DNA of 64,000 nucleotides, from the NCBI GenBank assembly GCA_008690995.1, contig VRMN01000008.1, positions 558,001 to 622,000 on the forward strand, written 5' to 3'. The notes beneath the pieces were generated by a model. It had not been told where the DNA came from. It was given only the letters and a program-made list of their open reading frames with translations, and searched no databases. Origin of the DNA: Porphyridium purpureum. Lineage: Eukaryota. Both the position numbers and the translations under genes were made by a program. Each line of letters opens with the position of its first letter. The stretch's first letter is position 1. Positions 29,431-38,742 of the stretch are shown here, one piece after another.

Positions 29431-30642
29431 TCACTCGCTCGCAGGCGCCGCCGAGGTAGCTCTGCGCACCGGTGCTGGCGCCAGGCAGTCTCCGGCATAG
29501 TGTCCTGTCCCTTGGCAGCGGCGACACACCACTCGATCCGAGTTGGCCATTAAACGGTTCCCCCCGATTCCGGGCACGCCCAAAACGGCTGCCACCCGGT
29601 CCGCCAGGAACTCCACTTCGATCAACTTTTGATCCTCTGTCTCCTTCGCCGGGTCAGGAGGTACACCCCCAAGATTTGGTTCGGAATCATGAAGTACATT
29701 GACCGCAGCCCCCGGTGGACGGAAAACCGGTCTCCCTTGGGCAAAGCTTCGTCCCTTCTCCAGTGTCGACCCGTAGTTTTTCTCCAACGGTAAAATCATT
29801 CCGAAGAATGTTTCTGTGGCAGCGTGGAGACGACCCATCTGTTGAATATCTCGAGGAAGTCCTCGAACAAAGTCGCTCTTCATCGACGCCTCGGATTTCC
29901 CAAGAGCAGCGCCGAGCTCGTACACGGCGCGGTGATAGTTTGCCACTGACTCGCCCTTCGTCCATTTCCTCTCGCAGTACTCTTGTTCCACAGATTCCAA
30001 AAGCTGAGGAGACCAGAAAACCGAACGCGCCCACGCCCAACGCTGCTGAGCCGAGTACTCCGTCGCAAGCTCGCCGTTCTTCTCGGCAGTGCGATAAACC
30101 TGCTCAGCCGAATCCGCAAAAGCTAGAACCACAAACTTTGCCGTGAGGTCGGCTGGAATGTGGCGACATGCTTCCACCCAGGTCAAATACGTGGTTTCGA
30201 ACCTGAGATCACGCGCGTGACGGATGCGACAGTCTTTCATCTCGAGAATGACCGACCTCTTCATTTCTTGCTCGAGTTTGATGAGCCGGAGCTCCTCAGT
30301 GGACATTGTCAACAGGCTCGAACCATCAGAGACCGCCAGTGCAGTCCCGATTCTGGACGCGCGGCTGGGCTCCCCCGGTGGCTCGGCACCATGTTCGGCG
30401 GATCTTGGCCGAGAACCGCGATCCTGCGCGTCCGCAATCGTCGGTTCGTCCAGCTGCGGTCCGAGACGCTGAAAGATCATCTCCATTCTCTGACGTATCT
30501 GGTCAATGCTTTCGCGCAGCTGCTCCTGGCCGGATGCGATCAGCTCTACACGTCCCTGGAGTGCCGCCACATCAGCCGTGACGCTCGCTACAGTTGGACG
30601 CCCGGCCATTTCCCCCAAGATATCCGACAGGCGTCCGGACAT
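29431..30642 (-). CDS. Gypsy Gag
   Basis: 403 aa; N-terminal coiled coil, GESVANY...FVRGLP capsid-like motif, CCHC knuckle CRRCQGTGHYAGDC. Confidence 0.88.
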   Translation of the reverse strand: MSGRLSDILGEMAGRPTVASVTADVAALQGRVELIASGQEQLRESIDQIRQRMEMIFQRLGPQLDEPTIADAQDRGSRPRSAEHGAEPPGEPSRASRIGTALAVSDGSSLLTMSTEELRLIKLEQEMKRSVILEMKDCRIRHARDLRFETTYLTWVEACRHIPADLTAKFVVLAFADSAEQVYRTAEKNGELATEYSAQQRWAWARSVFWSPQLLESVEQEYCERKWTKGESVANYHRAVYELGAALGKSEASMKSDFVRGLPRDIQQMGRLHAATETFFGMILPLEKNYGSTLEKGRSFAQGRPVFRPPGAAVNVLHDSEPNLGGVPPDPAKETEDQKLIEVEFLADRVAAVLGVPGIGGNRLMANSDRVVCRRCQGTGHYAGDCLAPAPVRRATSAAPASE

Positions 30643-30912
30643 AAATCAGATAATCAGTCAGTCCCTAGAAATCAAACGCAAAAGTGTGCAATGCGTGTGC
30701 TGAAGCCACCCGGCTTCCCACACAAGTTCAAAAAACCAAACAGAACTATCTTTTCAAAGCCACCCGACTTCAAACGAGACACCAGAGCCACCCGACCTGG
30801 CACCTCTCCCCCACGTCGCCCTGGTTCCGGGCCACCCGACCACCAACCAGACCGGCCCGCGCGCTCCCACAAGAAATTACTCAAGAATGGGGCAACGCTA
30901 ATTCTAGAATTA

Positions 30913-31190
30913 TGCTGTGTACTACACCCGCAGCCACTACAACCCCTCTCTCACCTACAGGCACCCGCCCGGATCGAACCCCGACACCAACGGCACACCA
31001 ACCTCTCCTCGCACTTCGGTACCTCCTTTACTTTTCGTTTAGCTCGGGCCGCACGGCGGCGTGGATTATATACTGCCGCAAAGCCCTGGATCTAACTCAG
31101 TGGTGGGTTTGGATGGGGTTTTGGAGGGTGGACTGTACTATGGAGTACAGGTGCTACATGTGTACAGTGCATGGGGTGTACAGCATAGCA
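30913..31190 (-). repeat. 5' LTR of the Gypsy element
   Basis: Direct repeat of 24513-24790. Confidence 0.95.
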
Positions 31191-33292
31191 TGACTAGAAA
31201 TTGTGCTCACTGTAAAAATCAACAAGACGCCAGCTCTGCTCACAACTTACGTTGTAAGCTTCTCCTTGGTCTCCGAAGGGTCTGTGTCTTGTGTGTCCAC
31301 CGGGACTCGTTGGTCCGACGTAAGTGAGTCTGGCGTTGACAGTGCACGAAAGTCAATCACATCCTTTAAAAGGGAACTTGGTACACGCCGCTGGTTCCGA
31401 AAGCTTTAAACTCCAGTGCTCTGCACACAGTGCTTGCAAAGGGCCCAAGCCTTACAGCGACACGATGCCTGGAGTGAAATGAGCGACCTAATCGTGTCGA
31501 AACGTGTGATAGTGGCGCGAAGCAGTTCCAGCGCAATACTTTGTCAATCCTGCATTTGGAGCGGACAGCACAGTATAATCTGGAAGGAACAGCTATTTTT
31601 GGAAACTAGCTTGAACACGCGCACCCGTGCACGTGTCGCGGGTCCAACGTCTTTGCACCGTGTCCCCCACCTGCAATGTCGTCCACACCTCGCGTCACGT
31701 ATAAAGGCGAGCACCTAAAGGCGAAGGAACTAGATTGACACGAGGACCGGAACAGGTAGAGTAAATGTTTTGTGTGTTAAAGAATATACATTCTGTGACT
31801 TCTGTTGTTCGGGAGAGAACAGATATCACCTCACGCTTCCCACCTCACTGGCACGCTTGTTGAGAGACTCGCAGACCAGGGGTGAGGCGGCGGATCATTT
31901 ACTCTCTGTTGGAAATCAAAACCGGTTACCTTTGACAAATCGCTCTGCAATGACTATGTGCTAGTGTGGTAGCACAGAGCAAGCCACAGCGGGCGGAAGC
32001 GTGTCTCCGCCCTGCAAGGGCATGAATATTAGCGAAACTGTAACGTAAACACGCGAAAGAGCGGCTTCAGCCTGTGTTTGGTTTGCTCGTGGTCGAGCGC
32101 GCGTCTCTGCGCTACGAGCCTTGAAGATGGGCGCTGAAGTTGGCGTTTCGGCATTGTGCGTACGTAGGCTGAGGCAGAAAGAGACAGCACGGCAGATCGA
32201 ATGAAAGGAAGCGGATGTTCCGTTGATTGGGGGCAACAAAGATGTCGGTACAACTTTATATTACAGCAAGCAGATGTGCGTGTGTGTCTGAGAGATGCGC
32301 CGCTGCCTGAGGAGTGAGTTTGGCGAGATCAAAGGTCTATGTACTAGCGGCTGTCATCTGAAGGGTTTATCGCAATCTAGTTCTGTCGGGTAAAGCGTGG
32401 TCGTGATTAGTTTGGCGACAGGCTGGCCAATAAAGACTTGGTTACAAGCGCAAGACTCCTCCTGTATATTTGGACGGTCCAGGATTAGCTGCAAGACGCC
32501 AGGCGCTCGGTGAGACGGTTTCATCCACAAAAGTGGGTCAAAGCCAAGACGCGCCCATGCAGCGCAGGAAGAGCGTCGCGATTGTCGAAGAACTTTAGCA
32601 TTCTCGGGCACTCGGCGTTTGTGCACACCCTCAATGAAGCCACACGAAGGCGTTCGCCAGCAAGAATACCGCGCGTGCTTTGACGTTGACGCCTTGTTGG
32701 ATCCCGCAAGACGTACAGTGATGCACGAAACCACAAATCAAGAAACGCTACTCAGAGAGAAAAAGGCGCAACCAAGTGGGTAAAGGGGGTTGGTAGCAAG
32801 GACACAAGGTAGCGGGTGCGAAGGAGGAGTTTCGTTGCGCTTTGTTGGAGAAAGGTGAAGACAGGGGCGACGCAGCAGAGCGACGCAGCAGAGCGACGCA
32901 GCACAGCGACACCCAGGCACTGCGTGGAACGGAGGCGGACACAGAGACACGCAGCACGGATTGGCAACGGCACGCGCCGGGTGATAGCGGGTGTGTCTCT
33001 GTGTGAGTTTGTGTGAGTGGGCGAGGCATGTGGCTGCGCTGATGGTTTGATTGGTGCGACAAGCGGGTTTGGTTCGTGTTTTGGTGCTGACGCGGGTCGC
33101 GCGGCGCTGCTGGTAGAAGGTGGGGTGTGGTGCGTGGCCGCGTGGGGAGCGGGGAGAGAGAGAGAGAGGCGCAGGAGAGGGCTGAGGATGAGTGAAAATG
33201 CGCGCGTGGCAACGGCGGGAGCGGCGCGCGCAGAGCGCTGGTGGCCGCGCTGGCGGCCGCATCGCCAAAGAGAAGAGAGGGAGGTGGCGCGG

Positions 33293-34468
33293 ATGGCCGA
33301 CGTCGAAGCGCAGATGGTCCGCGAGAGGCTCGCCGAGCCTGCAGCAGGGAACGCAGGAGACGGAGCAGAAGCAAATGATGGTGGTCAGGACGCGGAGATT
33401 GACGCGGCACCAGTGTCGCCGTCCACGTCGCGTGCACGGCGTCTGCGGGACAGAGCGCTCGCTGTCTTGCTTCCGGAGCGCGAAAGTGTGACTTGGCTGG
33501 ACGTCGTTTCCTTGGTTTACTTGTTCGCCTTCATCATAGCAAGCATTGTGGTTCTGGTACTCGAGTACCACAAGCCGTGCGATAAGCCATTGAAGGAATG
33601 GCTCATTGTAAATGTGTCGCTGTCTGTGGCTTACTTGGTCCTCAAGCGAATTGGTACTGACCCGCCGCAAAGCGAAAATGCTGGCGTCAAGGCGCTGTGT
33701 AAGATTTTGAGTATTTTGTATCGGTTGGTGGCGTGGACGTCGATTGTGTGGTTCTACGTCGGGTTCTTCTGGGTGATCGAAAGCAACACGTGCACCCAGA
33801 CTGCGCCAGGTATATTTAACTTGTCTGTTGTACTCATCGCGATCAACCTAGCGCTTGCCGTCGCGTCCCTATGCTTTGCGTGTTGTATCTGCACCCTCGT
33901 TATGCGTAGAGATTTCCGTGACACGTACACGGATGGCGGACAATCGGCAGGCGGTTCCATGTCCAAGGGCGAGATTGATGGCGTGCCGGAAGTCACTTTC
34001 CAGCCAGGCATGTATTCTGACGAGGACTGCCTTTGCGCCATTTGCCTGTGTGAGTATGAGCCAGACGAGAAGCTCCGCGTGCTGCCGTGCAATCACGTGT
34101 TTCATTCAACTTGTGTCGACACGTGGCTTGGCCGTAGTCGCCAATGCCCCGTTTGTAAGCAAGAGATCGTCACTGATTCTGCAAATGCTAGAGGTACCGA
34201 ACCGTCTGCCGATGCTTCATCCGCAATAGCATCATCTCATGCGGAGGAAGGCATCGACGTGGCGGCAGCCATGTCTGCTGGTGACTCTCTCATGGTGCCC
34301 GAGGCGAGTGAAAATGAGCGTACTCCAGAACAAGCTGACAACCATGCGCCCTTGGTTGACGAAGAGACGCGAGACTCGGGAGACGTAGCTCTGGCTGCTC
34401 GACACGAGGCAAGCGGCACAGAAGAAGAGAGCGCCGCGTCTCCCGTCGACCCCGTGGACAGGGTCTAA
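33293..34468 (+). CDS. Multi-pass membrane RING-H2 E3 ubiquitin ligase
   Basis: Four hydrophobic segments with CDKPLKEWL and W.....C..TAP motifs; RING-H2 CAICL...[16 protein letters not shown]...CPVC. An upstream in-frame ATG at 33188 is possible. Confidence 0.88.
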   Translation: MADVEAQMVRERLAEPAAGNAGDGAEANDGGQDAEIDAAPVSPSTSRARRLRDRALAVLLPERESVTWLDVVSLVYLFAFIIASIVVLVLEYHKPCDKPLKEWLIVNVSLSVAYLVLKRIGTDPPQSENAGVKALCKILSILYRLVAWTSIVWFYVGFFWVIESNTCTQTAPGIFNLSVVLIAINLALAVASLCFACCICTLVMRRDFRDTYTDGGQSAGGSMSKGEIDGVPEVTFQPGMYSDEDCLCAICLCEYEPDEKLRVLPCNHVFHSTCVDTWLGRSRQCPVCKQEIVTDSANARGTEPSADASSAIASSHAEEGIDVAAAMSAGDSLMVPEASENERTPEQADNHAPLVDEETRDSGDVALAARHEASGTEEESAASPVDPVDRV

Positions 34469-34703
34469 GGATGGTCGAGAACGGATATAATGTTCTGGCT
34501 TTCCTGCGTCTGCATCTTCTTCTTGTTCTTTTCTTTGCGTGCGTGTCGCATGGACCAAGGCAGCACCAGGTAGTTCAGGTACGAATTCGACGACGAACGC
34601 GCGGTCAGACAGACGAGACAAACAGGGCTGGCTGTGCACTTTGTAAATACAACATTTTCTTGTAAGCAGACTCACGCCGCCAGGGGACTTGTGGCCCTTT
34701 TCA

Positions 34704-36614
34704 CTAGTAAGACGGGTCCCACATCGCCGCCTGGATTTCCACAGCGCTCTGTGGGAACGGGCTCTGCGCAAGATTCTCTCGCGCGGCTTGCTGCGCCACC
34801 GCAAGAGCAATGTGAGCGCTGCACGCGCGGATGGTCTCAAGGTCCGGGTACATGCAGCCCTGATCAATGTTTGCCTGCGGCACCAGCTCGCCGAGCGTGC
34901 GCGCAGCTTCCAAAAACATGCTGTCGGGCACGTGCTTTGCGCGTGACAAAAGAATGCCCAGTGCAACACCCGGGAAGATCATCGCATTGTTTGCCTGGCC
35001 AGGCACAAACACACGACCCTTGTACTCGACGGGCTCAAACGGCGAGCCAGAGGAAAACACCGCGCGACCCTGCGTGTGCAAGTACGCCGCTTCGGCCGTG
35101 CACTCGGCCTTTGACGTCGGGTTGGACAGCGCCATGATAATGGGCCGCTCGTTCAGCTCCGCCATCTTCCGCAGCACGGCGGGCGAGAACGCCCCGCTGA
35201 TGGTGGACACGCCTACCAAGCACGTGGGGCGCAGCTTCTCCACGGCCGCCAGCAGCGCATTTTCGCCAGCCTTGAGCACGAGCGTTCCAGCCGGCTGCGT
35301 GTACTTCTTCTTCATGTCCGACAGATCCTCGCGCTCGGCCTGCACAAGGCCCTTGCTGTCGATAAACGAAATGCACCGTTTGGCCTGCTCGACGCTGTAC
35401 CCTTCCTTGACAAATTCCGCCACAATGAGGTCCGCAATGCCAATGCCCGCGGTCCCGGCCCCCATGAACAGGAACCGATGGTCGATCAACGACTTGGGCA
35501 CCTTGGGGACGCGCAACGCACCAAACACACCAGCAAGCGCCACCGACGCCGTTCCCTGGAAGTCGTCGTTAAAGGTGCAGCATTGGTTGCGATGGATCTC
35601 CAACAGTCGCATCGCGTTTGTGTTGCCAAAGTCTTCAAACTGGATCAGCACGTCCGGCCCAAAGTGGTACCGGAACGCGTCGATCGCCTCCTGCACAAAC
35701 GCGTCGTACTCGGCTCCCGTCACGCGAGGCTGCACAAGCCCAAGGTACAGCTCGTCGGAGCGAAGCTCCTCATTGTTGGTTCCCACGTCCAGCTGCACGG
35801 GCAACGTCTGCCTCGGGTCGACTCCTCCGCACGCGGTGTACAACAGCAGCTTTCCAATCGGGATGCCCATCCCGCTGCATCCCAAATCGCCGAGTCCGAG
35901 AATGCGCTGTCCGTCCGTCATCACAATCGCCTGCACGTCCCGTGTGGGCCAGTTGGCGACCACGTCTTTCAATGCGCCGCGATCCTTGTACGACAAGTAG
36001 AGCCCGCGCGGGTTGCGGAGGATGTGCGCGTGCTTCTGGCATGCCTCGCCCACGGTCGGCGTGTATATGATCGGAAGCGTCTCGCGCAGGTGCTCCTGGA
36101 CGAGTCGGAAGAACAGGCGCTCATTGCGCGACAGCAAGTTCATCAGAAACACGTACTGATCAAGCGGCCGTTCATAGTGGCGCAACGACTCCAGGCACCT
36201 GGCGAGCTGCAGCTCTTGGTTCAGGACCCGGGGTGGCAGCAGTCCTGTGAGTCCCAGCCGCTCGCGCTCGGCGATTGTCGTCGCGGTACCCTTGTACACG
36301 TGCGGGTCATGCATGTAATCCATGGCCTTCCTGTTTGCACTGTATGTCGCCCTCACGTCGTCGACGTGTACGGGCGAGCCCGCGCCGCCGCTGCTCTGCG
36401 CGGTGACTTGCGACGCGTGCGAGGAGGACAATCCACTGCTGTGCACTTGTCGTTTAAACATGCTCATTCCGGCCCACCTGCGCTTGGCGCCCAAGCTCCT
36501 CGCCACCAGAGCCGTCAGCCCCATGGCCATCAATGGCGCACCTGCCAGGCTCACGACGAGCGGCACCGCATGGCTCTGCACGACCAGCGGCGCCAGCAGG
36601 CTCGCTGCACCCAT
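34704..36614 (-). CDS. Malic enzyme (NADP-ME type) with N-terminal extension
   Basis: GLLPP, PIIYTPTVGEACQ, TDGQRILGLGDLG, IQFEDF, FNDDFQGTA, GAGTAGIG, ALSNPTSKAEC, GQANNAMIFPG. Confidence 0.95.
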   Translation of the reverse strand: MGAASLLAPLVVQSHAVPLVVSLAGAPLMAMGLTALVARSLGAKRRWAGMSMFKRQVHSSGLSSSHASQVTAQSSGGAGSPVHVDDVRATYSANRKAMDYMHDPHVYKGTATTIAERERLGLTGLLPPRVLNQELQLARCLESLRHYERPLDQYVFLMNLLSRNERLFFRLVQEHLRETLPIIYTPTVGEACQKHAHILRNPRGLYLSYKDRGALKDVVANWPTRDVQAIVMTDGQRILGLGDLGCSGMGIPIGKLLLYTACGGVDPRQTLPVQLDVGTNNEELRSDELYLGLVQPRVTGAEYDAFVQEAIDAFRYHFGPDVLIQFEDFGNTNAMRLLEIHRNQCCTFNDDFQGTASVALAGVFGALRVPKVPKSLIDHRFLFMGAGTAGIGIADLIVAEFVKEGYSVEQAKRCISFIDSKGLVQAEREDLSDMKKKYTQPAGTLVLKAGENALLAAVEKLRPTCLVGVSTISGAFSPAVLRKMAELNERPIIMALSNPTSKAECTAEAAYLHTQGRAVFSSGSPFEPVEYKGRVFVPGQANNAMIFPGVALGILLSRAKHVPDSMFLEAARTLGELVPQANIDQGCMYPDLETIRACSAHIALAVAQQAARENLAQSPFPQSAVEIQAAMWDPSY

Positions 36615-37381
36615 CTGCACGCGCCCCCCCTTTTCTTCGTGTGATGCTATTTCCCTCGCTTTTACCCGCGTGTTCTCAGCGCGCTCTGTGGTCCGTTCAA
36701 CTGTACTGTGTGCTTGCGTTCATCCAACCCGGCCTGAGGCGACGCGACGCAGTGCGTTGCAACCCCGACGCGCTCGCTCTTCTCCGCATTGACAGTTCCA
36801 CAACAATCCGTTCCACCCACATTCATCACTCATACTCACGCACTCATCCTCTTTATATCTCTCCACACACGTCCTCTCAGATTCCGGTGTCTCGGACCGT
36901 TGCCCGCCACCTCACCATGTTAATCCTCTCTGTTCGTTCTTTCCCTGTTCTTTGTTCTTTGTTCTTTGTGTTTTGTTCTTTGTTCGCAGCACTTGCACTG
37001 CCCGCTCGCTGCTACTGCTGCTACGAGCGCTACTGCTGCTGCACCAGGCGCGCACCTCCATGTCCAGACACCGCTGCACGCGCGTTTACACACGCGCGAC
37101 ACGCGTCGACGCAAGCGAGCTGGTGCTGCCTCACACCCCACCCCGCTCCAAGATTCGCGCGCGGGCGCGAGGGGGGGGGAAGGGGCTTCTCCGTTTACAC
37201 CGATTCATCGTGTACACGCGGCTCCGCACATGAAACGAACGAACGCGGCTTTTAGAGGGGGAGGGAAGGGAACCGTCGGCACTGTACTTTTTCATAGCCG
37301 CACGCGCGTGTCGCTCACAACCCTCGAGCGCACGTGCAACTGCGGCGCAAACACGCTCGTGCGAATCTTACATTCACATAC

Positions 37382-37594
37382 CGACTAAACGACTAAACGA
37401 CTAAACGACTAACACGACGAACGACGAACGACGAACCGACCAGGCGAAGGAACGAACGGACGACTTGGCGGGATAACGGCGCAACGGGTTAACGACTAAA
37501 CGACTTACCGACTGAACCGGGTCAGGCGTTGATGAGATACCTTCGGCTTAACGGCTTAACGGCTTAACGGGTTAATGGGTTAATGGGTTAACGG
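37382..37594 (+). repeat. Short octamer arrays (CGACTAAA)n, (GGCTTAAC)3 and (GGGTTAAT/C)3
   Basis: Visible tandem units at about 37382-37412 and 37545-37594 in the divergent intergenic region. Confidence 0.85.
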
Positions 37595-37999
37595 AGAATT
37601 GAAAATTGGTCTTGTTTGGGGAAGAAGGGGGATGAACAGTGGTTGAGCGAATGGGGTTGTGCGGTGAGAGAAGGGGGGTGTTGAAGTGGGTTGGGGCGGT
37701 TGCGCCGGGAGGAGGGCGCTGGAGGAAAGTAGCGGGCGTTTGGAGAAGGTCTGGCCCTGCGCATGGCGCTTGGCGCATCGCGCGTGGCTGCGTTGGGTGT
37801 TGTGGGCGCGGAAAGACAGCAAGTTGGAACAGCTGTACATTGGCTCGCTTTGGTGAGTTGATGGCCACGGTGTTTTCCGGGCTGGACGGATCACTCACAT
37901 CGCGGCGCTGCGACATTCATTTTACGGAGACGTGCGCGTGGTCTAGATGTGCGTGCGCAGCGGTCTGGACTAGAAGCGGCGCGGCGGTGGTAGAGAGGG

Positions 38000-38641
38000 A
38001 TGGACGCGGAAGTGTGGGACGAGCGCGCGGCGCGTGCATTTGAGGATGAGACAGAGGCGCGCATTGCGCAGGTGGAAAAGCGCCTGCAGGATTCGGGTAG
38101 AGCCATGTTTGGGTCCAGGAGAGACGAGATTCTGCGCGACGTAAGCCACGTGAGCGAACTGCAGACACGCTTTCTGGCAGAACAGCGCGACATTGAGGCC
38201 CGCTTTCAGGCATCGATGGCCGCCGCCGCAGCTGCTGAAGCAGGGGCAAATAAAGCAGCGTCAGGGACGCCTGATGACGCCACACGCGACGCGCATCCGC
38301 ACGCCCATGCACACGCGGCCGGGATCGGCGACCCGGCCAATGCCGCGCAGTCGAATGGCGCTTTGAGTCCACGCGCAAAGGCAGAGGCCGCGGCAAAGCA
38401 GGAAGAGCGGCTCGATCGCATTGCACAGGCAATGCGAGAAAAGGATAAGAGTAGCAAGTCGCTCATGGAACGGCTGAGCATAATCAGTACCGAGATCAGG
38501 AAAATGTGCGACAAGCTGGAGCAGACCAAGGACGACAATGAAGACGCAAACGACGAGGACGCGTCTGCTCACGTCCAATCGTCCGCAGTCGACGGCGCGG
38601 AAGAGGATGATGATATTTTCCACGACATGGGGGGTGGATAA
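38000..38641 (+). CDS. Small coiled-coil protein, weak CCDC28-like resemblance
   Basis: 213-aa ATG-started ORF; SGRAMFG...SHVSELQ..F and LMERLSIISTEI recall the CCDC28 pattern; family call is tentative. Confidence 0.6.
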   Translation: MDAEVWDERAARAFEDETEARIAQVEKRLQDSGRAMFGSRRDEILRDVSHVSELQTRFLAEQRDIEARFQASMAAAAAAEAGANKAASGTPDDATRDAHPHAHAHAAGIGDPANAAQSNGALSPRAKAEAAAKQEERLDRIAQAMREKDKSSKSLMERLSIISTEIRKMCDKLEQTKDDNEDANDEDASAHVQSSAVDGAEEDDDIFHDMGGG

Positions 38642-38742
38642 ACGCCCTTGGAGTTGGCAGATTCTGCTCCATTTAGTGTACAAAGCGGGATGCGCGCGAA
38701 CATATACACGCACAACCCCTCGCGAATCGTCGCCACTGAGCG

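Larger units (their letters stand above)
24513..31190 (-). mobile_element. Intact Ty3/Gypsy chromovirus-type LTR retrotransposon (6678 bp), 4-bp TSD TGAC
   Basis: Identical-looking 278-bp TG...CA LTRs at 24513-24790 and 30913-31190; TGAC at 24509-24512 and 31191-31194; gag plus PR-RT-RH-IN-chromodomain pol. Confidence 0.95.

Noticed and set aside
30160..31095. 311-aa antisense ORF overlapping gag and the 5' LTR
   Set aside because: Non-ATG start, low complexity and no domain; no support as an accessory gene
31195..32740. Further transposon relic or gene right of the Gypsy element
   Set aside because: Only short ORFs with no recognisable motif or terminal repeat
34867..36644. Long plus-strand ORFs (377 and 388 aa) opposite malic enzyme, and similar ones opposite PDH E2 and RPN8
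   Set aside because: Antisense shadows of GC-rich coding sequence with no recognisable motifs
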